Positions 52,201 to 64,000 of a stretch of 64,000 bases of DNA are shown piece by piece. The translations under genes were made by a program, and so were the position numbers. The DNA comes from Macrostomum lignano. Taxonomy: Eukaryota. Under the pieces are notes generated by a model, which saw nothing but the letters and a program-made list of their open reading frames with translations, did no database searches and had not been told where the DNA came from. Every line of letters begins with the position of its first letter. Position 1 is the first letter of the stretch. The DNA is taken from assembly GCA_002269645.1 (NCBI GenBank), contig NIVC01000377.1, positions 1 to 64,000 on the forward strand, in the 5' to 3' direction.

Positions 52201-55200
52201 GGCTGTTCTGTAAGCATGTAGGCTGTTCTGTAAGCATGTAGGCTGTTCTGTAAGCATGTAGGCTGTTCTGTAAGCATGTAGGCTGTTCTGTAAGCATGTA
52301 GGCTGTTCTGTAAGCATGTAGGCTGTTCTGTAAGCATGTAGGCTGTTCTGTAAGCATGTAGGCTGTTCTGTAAGCATGTAGGCTGTTCTGTAAGCATGTA
52401 GGCTGTTCTGTAAGCATGTAGGCTGTTCTGTAAGCATGTAGGCTGTTCTGTAAGCATGTAGGCTGTTCTGTAAGCATGTAGGCTGTTCTGTAAGCATGTA
52501 GGCTGTTCTGTAAGCATGTAGGCTGTTCTGTAAGCATGTAGGCTGTTCTGTAAGCATGTAGGCTGTTCTGTAAGCATGTAGGCTGTTCTGTAAGCATGTA
52601 GGCTGTTCTGTAAGCATGTAGGCTGTTCTGTAAGCATGTAGGCTGTTCTGTAAGCATGTAGGCTGTTCTGTAAGCATGTAGGCTGTTCTGTAAGCATGTA
52701 GGCTGTTCTGTAAGCATGTAGGCTGTTCTGTAAGCATGTAGGCTGTTCTGTAAGCATGTAGGCTGTTCTGTAAGCATGTAGGCTGTTCTGTAAGCATGTA
52801 GGCTGTTCTGTAAGCATGTAGGCTGTTCTGTAAGCATGTAGGCTGTTCTGTAAGCATGTAGGCTGTTCTGTAAGCATGTAGGCTGTTCTGTAAGCATGTA
52901 GGCTGTTCTGTAAGCATGTAGGCTGTTCTGTAAGCATGTAGGCTGTTCTGTAAGCATGTAGGCTGTTCTGTAAGCATGTAGGCTGTTCTGTAAGCATGTA
53001 GGCTGTTCTGTAAGCATGTAGGCTGTTCTGTAAGCATGTAGGCTGTTCTGTAAGCATGTAGGCTGTTCTGTAAGCATGTAGGCTGTTCTGTAAGCATGTA
53101 GGCTGTTCTGTAAGCATGTAGGCTGTTCTGTAAGCATGTAGGCTGTTCTGTAAGCATGTAGGCTGTTCTGTAAGCATGTAGGCTGTTCTGTAAGCATGTA
53201 GGCTGTTCTGTAAGCATGTAGGCTGTTCTGTAAGCATGTAGGCTGTTCTGTAAGCATGTAGGCTGTTCTGTAAGCATGTAGGCTGTTCTGTAAGCATGTA
53301 GGCTGTTCTGTAAGCATGTAGGCTGTTCTGTAAGCATGTAGGCTGTTCTGTAAGCATGTAGGCTGTTCTGTAAGCATGTAGGCTGTTCTGTAAGCATGTA
53401 GGCTGTTCTGTAAGCATGTAGGCTGTTCTGTAAGCATGTAGGCTGTTCTGTAAGCATGTAGGCTGTTCTGTAAGCATGTAGGCTGTTCTGTAAGCATGTA
53501 GGCTGTTCTGTAAGCATGTAGGCTGTTCTGTAAGCATGTAGGCTGTTCTGTAAGCATGTAGGCTGTTCTGTAAGCATGTAGGCTGTTCTGTAAGCATGTA
53601 GGCTGTTCTGTAAGCATGTAGGCTGTTCTGTAAGCATGTAGGCTGTTCTGTAAGCATGTAGGCTGTTCTGTAAGCATGTAGGCTGTTCTGTAAGCATGTA
53701 GGCTGTTCTGTAAGCATGTAGGCTGTTCTGTAAGCATGTAGGCTGTTCTGTAAGCATGTAGGCTGTTCTGTAAGCATGTAGGCTGTTCTGTAAGCATGTA
53801 GGCTGTTCTGTAAGCATGTAGGCTGTTCTGTAAGCATGTAGGCTGTTCTGTAAGCATGTAGGCTGTTCTGTAAGCATGTAGGCTGTTCTGTAAGCATGTA
53901 GGCTGTTCTGTAAGCATGTAGGCTGTTCTGTAAGCATGTAGGCTGTTCTGTAAGCATGTAGGCTGTTCTGTAAGCATGTAGGCTGTTCTGTAAGCATGTA
54001 GGCTGTTCTGTAAGCATGTAGGCTGTTCTGTAAGCATGTAGGCTGTTCTGTAAGCATGTAGGCTGTTCTGTAAGCATGTAGGCTGTTCTGTAAGCATGTA
54101 GGCTGTTCTGTAAGCATGTAGGCTGTTCTGTAAGCATGTAGGCTGTTCTGTAAGCATGTAGGCTGTTCTGTAAGCATGTAGGCTGTTCTGTAAGCATGTA
54201 GGCTGTTCTGTAAGCATGTAGGCTGTTCTGTAAGCATGTAGGCTGTTCTGTAAGCATGTAGGCTGTTCTGTAAGCATGTAGGCTGTTCTGTAAGCATGTA
54301 GGCTGTTCTGTAAGCATGTAGGCTGTTCTGTAAGCATGTAGGCTGTTCTGTAAGCATGTAGGCTGTTCTGTAAGCATGTAGGCTGTTCTGTAAGCATGTA
54401 GGCTGTTCTGTAAGCATGTAGGCTGTTCTGTAAGCATGTAGGCTGTTCTGTAAGCATGTAGGCTGTTCTGTAAGCATGTAGGCTGTTCTGTAAGCATGTA
54501 GGCTGTTCTGTAAGCATGTAGGCTGTTCTGTAAGCATGTAGGCTGTTCTGTAAGCATGTAGGCTGTTCTGTAAGCATGTAGGCTGTTCTGTAAGCATGTA
54601 GGCTGTTCTGTAAGCATGTAGGCTGTTCTGTAAGCATGTAGGCTGTTCTGTAAGCATGTAGGCTGTTCTGTAAGCATGTAGGCTGTTCTGTAAGCATGTA
54701 GGCTGTTCTGTAAGCATGTAGGCTGTTCTGTAAGCATGTAGGCTGTTCTGTAAGCATGTAGGCTGTTCTGTAAGCATGTAGGCTGTTCTGTAAGCATGTA
54801 GGCTGTTCTGTAAGCATGTAGGCTGTTCTGTAAGCATGTAGGCTGTTCTGTAAGCATGTAGGCTGTTCTGTAAGCATGTAGGCTGTTCTGTAAGCATGTA
54901 GGCTGTTCTGTAAGCATGTAGGCTGTTCTGTAAGCATGTAGGCTGTTCTGTAAGCATGTAGGCTGTTCTGTAAGCATGTAGGCTGTTCTGTAAGCATGTA
55001 GGCTGTTCTGTAAGCATGTAGGCTGTTCTGTAAGCATGTAGGCTGTTCTGTAAGCATGTAGGCTGTTCTGTAAGCATGTAGGCTGTTCTGTAAGCATGTA
55101 GGCTGTTCTGTAAGCATGTAGGCTGTTCTGTAAGCATGTAGGCTGTTCTGTAAGCATGTAGGCTGTTCTGTAAGCATGTAGGCTGTTCTGTAAGCATGTA

Positions 55201-58200
55201 GGCTGTTCTGTAAGCATGTAGGCTGTTCTGTAAGCATGTAGGCTGTTCTGTAAGCATGTAGGCTGTTCTGTAAGCATGTAGGCTGTTCTGTAAGCATGTA
55301 GGCTGTTCTGTAAGCATGTAGGCTGTTCTGTAAGCATGTAGCTGTTAGGCTGTTCTGTAAGCATGTAGGCTGTTCTGTAAGCATGTAGGCTGTTCTGTAA
55401 GCATGTAGGCTGTTCTGTAAGCATGTAGGCTGTTCTGTAAGCTTTTAGGCTGCTCTATAAGCTCTTAGGCTGTGCTTTTAGGCTGTTCAATAAACTTGCA
55501 TACTGTTATTCAATACACTACTGCATTAGTTTTCTTTGTTAACCGCGCGTAAAAAGCTGTAGGCCCGAAGCCAGGAGTGAAAGCGAGAGGTTCCCACAAT
55601 TAACAATTGACAAGTGCTGGACAAGCTGCAGTCCAAGCAAAAAGCTGTTGCCGAAGTTAATTTAGCAAATCGACCCCCAAAAAGAAAATGAATTGCATAA
55701 AATTTCACAAAGAAAACTCTTGTACAGTGTCCGGAACTGTAATATCCTGAAGTTGCACTTCATCTCAGCTTTTTTTCTCTCAGCCTGACCATCGGAGGAC
55801 GCGACAAGTGGGTACTCTGCATTTGGAAGAAGCGTGTTGCGAGAACCAATGGTTATTAAGTTAATTGCTTGAGCGCTCAGCAAGGCGCGCTACAACCCCC
55901 CCATTGTGCGACGCCTTGCAATTAACAGGCCGCTGCCGTGTTGTCGGCTGATTGACAGGGCGAAAATTGGCGAACTACCTACCACCTTTGCTCAGTGCCA
56001 CCCCCGGGCCTCAACCTCAGTGCTTGACGCACCATTTCTATTGTAGGCGGAAACCAGCGCTTTCATTTTCTATCGTCAACCACTCAGATTTGACAGGTCG
56101 CGGTGGGTGGCAGGTTAAGTGCGGAGCTGGTTGAAGGCGAGGCTCGAGTGGACTGGAGGGTGACGGTCTGTTGTTAATAGCGCGAGCCGGTGCAGAGAGG
56201 TAGACAAATGTGACAGGCACTGACAAGAACATTGAGGGCAGACATTGAGTCAGATCTATTTATGCTTTTCAGCGATGCTTGGGCTGAGTAACCAGTTACG
56301 AGTATAGTAAAAACGCTGTTTGAGCAATTGGAAAGGTAGTGGGGAATGTCAAGGAGGTAGTGTGGTGTCTTTTAAGATATTAGGGTGCCTGTAAAGGTAT
56401 TTGGGTGTCTGAGAAGACAGCAGGGTGTCTGAAAAAGATAACGGGATGTTTGAGAAGACGGCAGGATATCTGAGAAGATGGCACAGTGTCTGGGAAGACA
56501 GCAGGGTGTTTGGGAAGACAGCAGGGTGTTTGAGAAGATAGCAGGGTGTTTGAGAATACATCAGGGTGTTTGAGAAGACAGCAGGGTGTCTGAGAATACA
56601 TCAGGGTGTCTGAGAATACATCAGGGTGTCTGAGAATACATCAGGGTGTCTGAGAAGGCAGTGAGATGTCTGACATAACCCCCAAAGTCAGCGTGAACTC
56701 ACATGAGCATGGAGGCGGCGTTCCTCAGACAGGCGGTCACTTCGTGCGAATTGTACCGCCGATTGATGGCGCTCACAGCCTCGTGACCGAATCTGCCGTG
56801 CTCGAGAGTCTGCGAGTGCGGTCAGGACAGAAAAAGTTAACTTTTTAAAGGCCGTTTATGACAGTGGCGCTGTGATAGTGTCTGACAGGCGGGACAGAGA
56901 AACAGATCGGTAGGGCATGCAGAGGGCATGGAAGCCATTGAGCTATCAGCTTGACACTCAGCTGCTGGCACTGAAGTGGGTCTCACTCTCTTCTCCTATG
57001 CTTGAGCACTGGCTGCCCAAGCCTGCTGCTACAGAGAGACACTGAGTTGAAGAGGTCGTGTAGGTGAGAGCGGGGGGGGCATCCACTTACAACACTTCCG
57101 AATGAGTTTGAGCAGACAGAAATGAGACAAGCATGTCAGAAAAGAACTTGATTCCACGATCTTATAGCAGAAGAGTTATTTTATAAAGAAAGAAGAAACA
57201 TGATTCCTTTACATATCCGGTTTCTGCGAGTGATTCCAAGTCTCCCCAGGAAGAGTCCAGTATCGAGTGACTTGATGAATAAACAAATTATTGTACAGCT
57301 TGGCTCCATTTGTTAGCTCCGATTAAACCTGGCTTTTGTGCAGCTTGCCAAGCATCGTAAATACTATTGTGGCCAATCCTGTGCACACATTGGGCAGTCT
57401 GCCCCGACTGCTATGACTTACCTGCGCGGCCATACTTTAACTGGATGGTACGGGCTCATTTTGTGTGAGTGTTCAGGTCGTATCGGCTGACACCATTATC
57501 TCACTGTTCTATAAGATTTTGTTTAGCGCCACTTTTGACTGGTTTTACAGTACCGGCGCTTGCCCTGACAGTTAACTTGGCGCCTCCTGACTGGGTAAGA
57601 GTTTAGCGCCTCCCTGACACTCGGCATGGCGCCTCAGACTGGACAAGAGTTTAGCGCTCCCTGACACTCGGCATGGCGCCTCAGACTGGACAAGAGTTTA
57701 GCGCTCCCTGACACTCGGCATGGCGCCTCAGACTGGACAAGAGTTTAGCGCTCCCTGACACTCGGCATGGCGCCTCAGACTGGACAAGAGTTTAGCGCTC
57801 CCTGACACTCGGCATGGCGCCTCAGACTGGACAAGAGTTTAGCGCTCCCTGACACTCCATGGCGCCTGACTGGACAAGAGTTTAGCGCTCCCTGACACTC
57901 CATGGCGCCTCAGACTGGACAAGAGTTTAGCGCTCCCTGACACCCAGTGGACAAGAGTTTAGCGCTCCCTGACACCCAGTGGACAAGAGTTTAGCGCTCC
58001 CTGACACCCAGTGGACAAGAGTTTAGCGCTCCCTGACACCCAGTGGACAAGAGTTTAGCGCTCCCTGACACCCAGTGGACAAGAGTTTAGCGCTCCCTGA
58101 CACCTAGTGGACAAGAGTTTAGCGCTCCCTGACACCCCCTCCCCTGACACTCGGCTTGGCGCCTCAGGTAGATAAGAGAGACGGGGAGGCAAGAGGGGCG

Positions 58201-61200
58201 AAGAGTTTTGTCGCCAGCCGCGTCGCCTTGCAGTCACTTTCCCTTTCTCCCTGTAGCCCCCAGCCAACACCTCACTCCACTCAACCTGCTACACCTTCCC
58301 ACCTTGCAGCCTCAGTGGGCCCGCATACAACAGAGAATGTGTCGAGAAGAGAATAGGGGATCTTTGAATGTTTCATGAGGCGCGAAGGCCACCCACCCCT
58401 TCCTCCAGTCTCCCCAACCCCCGGCACGGGCGCGGCTGATTGTTATTGTTCTGAATTTGAAACCCGGAACTGTAAGTTTCTCTACTTCCCACCTTGAACG
58501 GGGCGCTTCCAAAGAAGCCGAAAGTGTCTATCAAACTCAGCAAACAGCTCCCACAATGCCTCCCCCGACGGCTGCTCAAGCCCTGAGTTTTTAACGACGA
58601 CAATCTTGCAATTTCCCTTTAGTTTCAGAGAGCGTTAAAAAAATCCTTCACGAACCCCCCCCCCCGCCCCTGACGTGGCTGTGGCAGCTCCACGCCCAGG
58701 CCTCGGGCCGTTCAGTGGAGCAGGCATCTCAAACCTCAGCCGCTCCCTTCCCTCTGCCTGACCCTCTCCCCTCAGTCCAGCAGCTTCAATCGATTGCGCT
58801 TGGCAGATTCGCGTACACGCGACTCAAAACTTGAACAAAAATTTGTTGAGTTCAGAGAGTACTTGAGCAACAGAATATCTTTTGGCATAGACATGCAGGC
58901 ATCGATATAACATGTCCAACCAGAGTGGTTCGGTGGGGAGGACCGCGCAACAACTCGAAATGAGTTGATGGACTCAACTCACTGGAAGTGTTTAGAAATC
59001 AATGCTCAAGAGAAAGAAGAGATAGGGAGAGAGAGAGTGACTGAGAGCATAATTGTGAAAGCTGGCCTCTGTCCATTAACAACTGCCATTCTATCATTTT
59101 GTTTAGATTAGTAGGTAAAAAATTACATCGGAGCGTGGTAGGCTACCCGATAAGCGCAGGATCCACTAATGCCTAGGATACTATAAGCTACTCGATAAGC
59201 GCAGGATCCGCTAATGACTAGGATACTATAAGCTACTCGATAAGCGCAGGATCCACCACTGTCTAGGATACTATACGACGTAAGCTTCCCGATAAGCGCA
59301 GGATCCACCACTGTCTAGGATACTATACGACGTAAGCTTCCCGATAAGCGCAGGATCCACCACTGTCTAGGATACTATAAGCTACCCGATAAGCGCAGGA
59401 TCCACTAATGCCTAGGATACTATAAGCTACCCGATAAGCGCAGGATCCGCTAATGCCTAGGATACTATAAGCTACCCGATAAGCACAGGATCCACTAATG
59501 CCTAGGATACTATAAGCTACCCGATAAGCGCAGGATCCGCTAATGCCTAGGATACTATAAGCTACCCGATAAGCACAGGATCCACTAATGCCTAGGATAC
59601 TATAAGCTACCCGATAAGCGCAGGATCCGCTAATGTCTAGGATACTATAAGCTTCCCGATAAGCGCAGGATCCACCACTGTCTAGGATACTATAAGCTTC
59701 CCGATAAGCGCAGGATTCGCTAATGCCTAGGATACTATAAGCTTCCCGATAAGCGCAGGATCCGCTAATGTCTAGGATACTATAAGCTTCCCGATAAGCG
59801 CAGGATCCGCTAATGTCTAGGATACCATAAGCTTCCCGATAAGCGCAGGATCCGCTAATTTCTAGGATACCATAAGCTTCCCGATAAGCGCAGGATCGGG
59901 GGTGACTAAGATTCAATGCAATGAAAGCGCCTAACCGTCAGCGGGTTGACCAGCGAGCAGCTCCGTCCGTCAGAGCCGATCTCGATGTCGGCGGGCGGCA
60001 GACGCAGAAAATTCTCCACGTCCTCCGCCAGCGGGTAGCGCTGCAGACGCAGCCCGGCCAGGCCGCTGCACGGCGTGCTGCCGTAGTGCTGCACGAGCTC
60101 CTGCACGGAGTCGAATCGCTCCTGTGGCAGCAGGTAGCAACCGATTCCCGATGGGTCGGAGGTGATCCAGCAGTGTTTGACGGTTTGCTGCCAGCTGTGC
60201 GAGTTTAGGAACGGGTTGTACTGGTCCTATATAAGGCCCTTGACATAGCAGCATGCAAGATTGTCGATATACCGGTATAAATATATATTACAAGTTAAAT
60301 ATATATTTGAAGGATCGCTGTGGGCACCATGGCGCAACGCCTTTGTCCATTATATATATATATGGCGACGCAGAGAGTAGTACAGACAAAAAGAGATCTA
60401 GCTAGACTTTGCGCGGACGCGTTCGCAGAACAACCAAGAGGGGCAAGTCATGGCGGACTGGGGCTGAGCCCGATGGCCTGCAAGTCAGTCAGAAACGTAT
60501 TATTTAGCGTCACAGTTCGGCCTTGGCCACGGCGCAGGCGCTCAGTGGGCTGATGCAGGAGAGCCAGCGCCAGAGGATTTTGCTCGCCGCGGCCGTGGCT
60601 TCTTAGACAGTGGGCCAAGTAACATCTGACGGCGTTTACGGATAGTGCAGCTGAGCGCGGGAACACCAGCGCGAGTCATCAGGTCCCTGGTCGGCACAGT
60701 ATCAGGGTAGTGCACGCCCAGGGCATAGCGGAGCAGCGACCTGTAGTGGGCATCCAGGGCTTGCTGTCGCGTTGCAGTCATTGGCACAGCCTCCATGCCA
60801 TATAGGAGAATCGGCTCAACGGCAGTGCGGAAAAGGCGCATCTTTAGGTCGTCGCTAGCGGTTGAATTGAAGACGCTCCTGAGAATGCGTGCCGCACGCC
60901 AGGCCTGAGTCCTCCTGTCAGAGACAATGGTGTCGGGGCTCAAGACAAGGGAGCCGAGGTAGCGGAAGTCCTCGCACACCTTGACGACTTCTCCATTTGG
61001 AAGAGCTAGCGCAGGGGTAGTTGCAGTGCCCACGTGGACACCTCAGTCTTGGATGCGTTGATCACCAAGCCAACTCGGGTTGATCGCGAAGCGTTGATCA
61101 CCAAAGCCACTGACTCCTGAGCGCATGCAAGCTAGCCAATATTGTACGGCCCTGACTGACTTTATCGTCAGGCATGTACACTCTGTGCCTTGGGGGTTGG

Positions 61201-61934
61201 CCCTCATTTGTGTGAATTGCACCACAACCCCACGGCACCCACAGCACCGAGCACGAGATCAAACTAGGGGGTCGTGGCGCGTGAGTCAGACCTTCTAGAC
61301 CTTCAACAGGATGAATAATTCGAATTACCTGAAAATCAGTGCTTAAAATGTAATCGATATTTGTCGTAAAATAATTATCATTAACTGATTCGCGGGATAA
61401 ATATCAAATCTGCGCTACTCCTGTAAAAGTTAATTGGACAAGGATAAATATCGATCGGCTGTTTTAGTCGATACTTAATTAGTGGCGCTAGCACAGTAAT
61501 GGAATGGGGGGAGGTAACCGGTTTGCAATATCCGTCCTAGCAACCAAGGCCGAGGGTATCGGATATGCCTTGCCCTGAACCACAGTTGGTGGCAAGCCCC
61601 GCAGCTCGATCTTGTTAAGATAAGCGTGGGGGTAAGTCGCACTAAGCCAGCTGACTGACTGGCTCTGGACCTGCTGCAAATCCAATCAATTCTTATCAAC
61701 CCGACCAAAAAGTGCAGCAAAACTCACACATAGGACAAAGCCAGGCGCTTCTTGAAGCAGCGCACGAGAAATGCGCCCTCATTGTTTGGCATCTTCTTCA
61801 GCAGCTCCGTCGCCAGCAGCGGAGACATTTCCTGGAAGAACCAGCTCTCATCCCGGACGTCCATGAGTTCGTGTCTTCTTCTTTCTGCGAGTATTTTTTT
61901 GATGTTGGCCGATCGCTTCAGTCCGGAGCTGGCT
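46270..61934 (-). CDS. SH2-domain tyrosine-kinase-like pseudokinase with C-terminal coiled-coil tail (N-terminus unresolved)
   Basis: Exons (minus strand) 61934-61728, 60194-59936, 56809-56703, 49769-49535, 48272-47916, 47291-47204, 47102-46270, all GT-AG and phase-compatible (about 695 codons). SH2: WFFQEM..EGAFLVR..LALSYV..VKHCWI..FDSVQELVQHY. Kinase fold: LEHGRFG, LDHANLIKLLG, ITEHINCGSLRQFL, VVHNELVLDNCLL, VKVSGLEFAR, CPE, SDVWALGLLVWSLFSHGRQP. Confidence 0.85.
47385..47760. repeat. 11-bp minisatellite (CTAGCATGACT)
   Basis: 11-nt period, intronic. Confidence 0.95.
48570..49365. repeat. 15-bp minisatellite (GATTAGAGGGTCATA)
   Basis: 15-nt period, intronic. Confidence 0.94.
49885..55470. 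repeat. 20-bp satellite (AGGCTGTTCTGTAAGCATGT), ~5.6 kb, near-perfect
   Basis: About 280 copies with very few variants (near 50494, 51113-51140 and 55341); intronic in the pseudokinase gene. Confidence 0.99.
56400..56655. repeat. Degenerate 21-bp minisatellite (TCTGAGAAGACAGCAGGGTG)
   Basis: Tandem units ending just below the exon boundary at 56703. Confidence 0.85.
57588..58135. repeat. Composite 47-bp then 32-bp minisatellite (core GGACAAGAGTTTAGCGCTCCCTGACAC)
   Basis: Period 47 (57661 and 57708) changes to period 32 (57961 and 57993). Confidence 0.93.
59140..59897. repeat. 45-bp minisatellite (CCGATAAGCGCAGGATCCGCTAATGCCTAGGATACTATAAGCTAC)
   Basis: 45-nt period; accounts for ORF 59323..59916. 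Confidence 0.95.
60345..61090 (-). mobile_element. 5'-truncated non-LTR retrotransposon (RTE-clade-like), C-terminal reverse transcriptase region
   Basis: GLVINASKTE...EDFRYLGS...KMRLFRTAVEPILLYGMEA...LRYALGVHYPDTV..RDL...TIRKRRQMLLG/HCLR...RRGQGR. One frameshift near 60615. (TA)n at the 3' end. Lies in the SH2 intron. Confidence 0.85.
61120..61280 (-). mobile_element. SINE-like family 2, inverted partial copy
   Basis: The reverse complement shares GCCACGACCCC, GGCACAGAGTGTACATGCCTGACGAT and CAGGGCCG with 10680-10820. Confidence 0.6.
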
Positions 61935-63077
61935 CTGTCAGAGAAATGGAAAATGAAAGCGAAAGGAATTATTGCATGCTAGCAAGGGAAGAATAATGAC
62001 TTGGTCAATACTGGCGTGGCCGCTGGAGTCTTGCAACCGCGTGCAGGAAGTGAAAATGCGGGTTGGAGCCCCAAGCTGAAGGCAGAGCAGAGAGTTCAAT
62101 GAAATTCTGTTAGAAATTTGATCTCTCTTCCCCTCTTCTCACAGACTGACACTTCCTCCGTTGCGGGTTTCCGTCTGCAGCCGGCCCTGCGCCTCAAGCA
62201 GCCTTGACTTATTAGTCTGCAGCAAATTGGGAGCAGAAACTCGTCCACGCCTCCCAGGTGGTGGCTTTTGGCATGGACGCCTGGAGCCAGAGAGATCTGG
62301 ACTAGAAAACCTTCCTCAAGTACGCATTGTTCTACAGTTCTCTAAACTATTGAAAACTGATTGGGCTTCACAATTGTCAACTTCTGCTCATTATGGAGAT
62401 ACCTGATATTAGGCCCTTAAAAACCGGTTGGGTAAAGCCTTTCGCTCCAGTCCTCCATCTCCAGCATCCCCTGGCTTTAGGCTGCTGGCTGGCTCTACTT
62501 CTGGCGGGCATCTGTGTGAAGGCGTTAACCATGCACCCTCTAGCACATTTTTCCCGACAGAACAGTCACTGATGGTTCGAGGAGGGGGGGGGGTTAATGA
62601 CCGGGAGTTATTCGCACCCAGCTTCCGGGAATTTAAACTGCTGCTGCGCATTTTTATTCAAAAAAGCCGCGCGAAACTGCGAAATTTTTTCATCCTCAAC
62701 CAGCTGCTGCCCAAATGGAGGTTGTTTACAAGCCTACACGGGATTAGCGCCGGATTAGTGGCTGCGAAGCTCTAATTAAGTCATAAATATCGGCATGAAC
62801 AGGAAAACTCGCATAAACAACCGCTTTTTATGACTTTTCAATCTCTGGTCTTCTCTGACTGATCAACCGCATTGACAGGGCGGGTTAAAGGACTTGCGCT
62901 GACTTCTTTTGAAAGCAGAAATCTCTATTTTGATCACGGTTCGTTGGGGCATAATTAGGCACCTGTTTTAAATTTGGGGACTAGATTTTCAGTAACTCTG
63001 AATTTCTAATAAGCCAGAGGCGGATTTAGAAATATAAAATGAGGGGGCGGGTTTTAACCATATGAGCTCGTAACAAT

Positions 63078-63388
63078 GGGGGCGCCATAATACACTAGAG
63101 GGGCGCCATAATATACACTAGAGGGGCGCCATAATATACACTAGAGGGGCGCCATAATATACACTAGAGGGGCGCCATAATATACACTAGAGGGGCGCCA
63201 TAATATACACTAGAGGGGCGCCATAATATACACTAGAGGGGCGCCATAATCTAGACTAGAGGGGCGCCATAGTATACACTGGAAGGGGCGCCATGATCTA
63301 CACTAGAGGGGCGCCATAGTATACACTGGAAGGGGCGCCATAATCTAGACTAGAGGGGCGCCATAATCTAGACTAGAGGGGCGCCATA
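63078..63388. repeat. 23-bp minisatellite (GGGGCGCCATAATATACACTAGA)
   Basis: 23-nt period, about 13 copies. Confidence 0.95.
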
Positions 63389-63766
63389 CTGAGCAATTTG
63401 AAACCTCTGTGCAGCAGGTAAATATCTAGATAGCGTACGGAGATTGGCGATAAAAGGAATGATGATGAAGATTCAGGGATATCGAAGGGCTATAAGCTGA
63501 TTGGCACATCCAGAACCCCAGCCGCATGGAGTGCCAGTCACAGCGGCACTGACCGCTTCAGGTGTGCAGATGCTGCTTTTCTAGCTAAGTGGTTGCGTTG
63601 GATTACAATTACAAGTTTCCTTAGAAGTAATATTTCGATTACGTCATCATTAAGAGAAATAAGTGTTTTTAATAGCATGTAATCCGCTCAGCTGAGTCAT
63701 CAGTTCGGCCGCTGATCAAGGCGACTTTGTAGAGGCAAGCAGCCGTGCCCGCCCTGACTTTCATCG

Positions 63767-64000
63767 TTAGAGCGTCGGACCTACGACTTAAAGGTCGGGG
63801 GTTCGATTCCCGATTCTAATGGATCAATTTGTGTCCTTGAGCAAGACACTTAACTCTGCATTGCTTCAGTTCACACAGCTGTAAAATGGGCGCCAGCATT
63901 AGCTGGGGTAATTGAGGGTGTGTGGCGACCCCCCCCCGTCCTTGGACTGAACAGCCGTACGCAGTCTTCAGATGCTGCGGTTGAGCTGTCGGTTGCACAT
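63767..64000 (+). mobile_element. SINE family 1 copy (lacks the A-box; runs to the window end)
   Basis: TTAGAGCGTCGGAC...GGTCGGGGGTTCGATTCCCGAT...GTCCTTGAGCAAGACACTTAAC...GCTGTAAAATGGG matches 6358-6592. Confidence 0.88.

Noticed and set aside
49782-55424. Giant ORFs of 451-1,849 aa
   Set aside because: They are translations of a stop-free 20-bp satellite lying between two phase-matched kinase exons.
57588-59897. CRISPR-like appearance of the 32-47 bp arrays
   Set aside because: Units are head-to-tail with no unique spacers, no cas genes are present, and the context is a eukaryotic intron.
62161-62775. Short ORFs upstream of the SH2 gene
   Set aside because: No recognisable motifs or convincing splice partners; the 5' end of the pseudokinase gene remains unresolved.

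Overview
Eukaryotic (invertebrate animal) genomic DNA: GC-rich exons, AT-rich introns, and a different tandem repeat in many introns. This style suggests a free-living flatworm such as Macrostomum, which is an inference only. Seven protein-coding loci were reconstructed by hand from splice sites and reading frames: (1) the 3' part of a three-finger C2H2 zinc-finger gene with three single-base frameshifts; (2) a 7-exon, ~485-aa coiled-coil gene whose third intron looks like a U12-type AT-AC intron; (3) a small single-exon orphan ORF on the minus strand; (4) a 27-exon, ~2,890-aa polycystin-1-like gene (LamG-like, WSC-like, PKD, REJ, GPS, PLAT and 6-TM channel modules); (5) a small secreted protein with two Ly6/uPAR-like Cys motifs and an in-frame TGA; (6) an 11-exon troponin T gene with a candidate 12-nt micro-exon; (7) a minus-strand SH2 plus tyrosine-kinase-fold gene that has lost the VAIK, HRD and DFG motifs (predicted pseudokinase) and ends in a coiled-coil tail. 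Mobile DNA comprises six copies of a ~430-470 bp MITE with ~35-bp TIRs and 8-bp TSDs, two tRNA-derived SINE families and a truncated RTE-type LINE. The very long ORFs in the track (e.g. 1,849 aa) are artefacts of stop-free satellites. No rRNA, intact tRNA or CRISPR array was found. No database searches were run.
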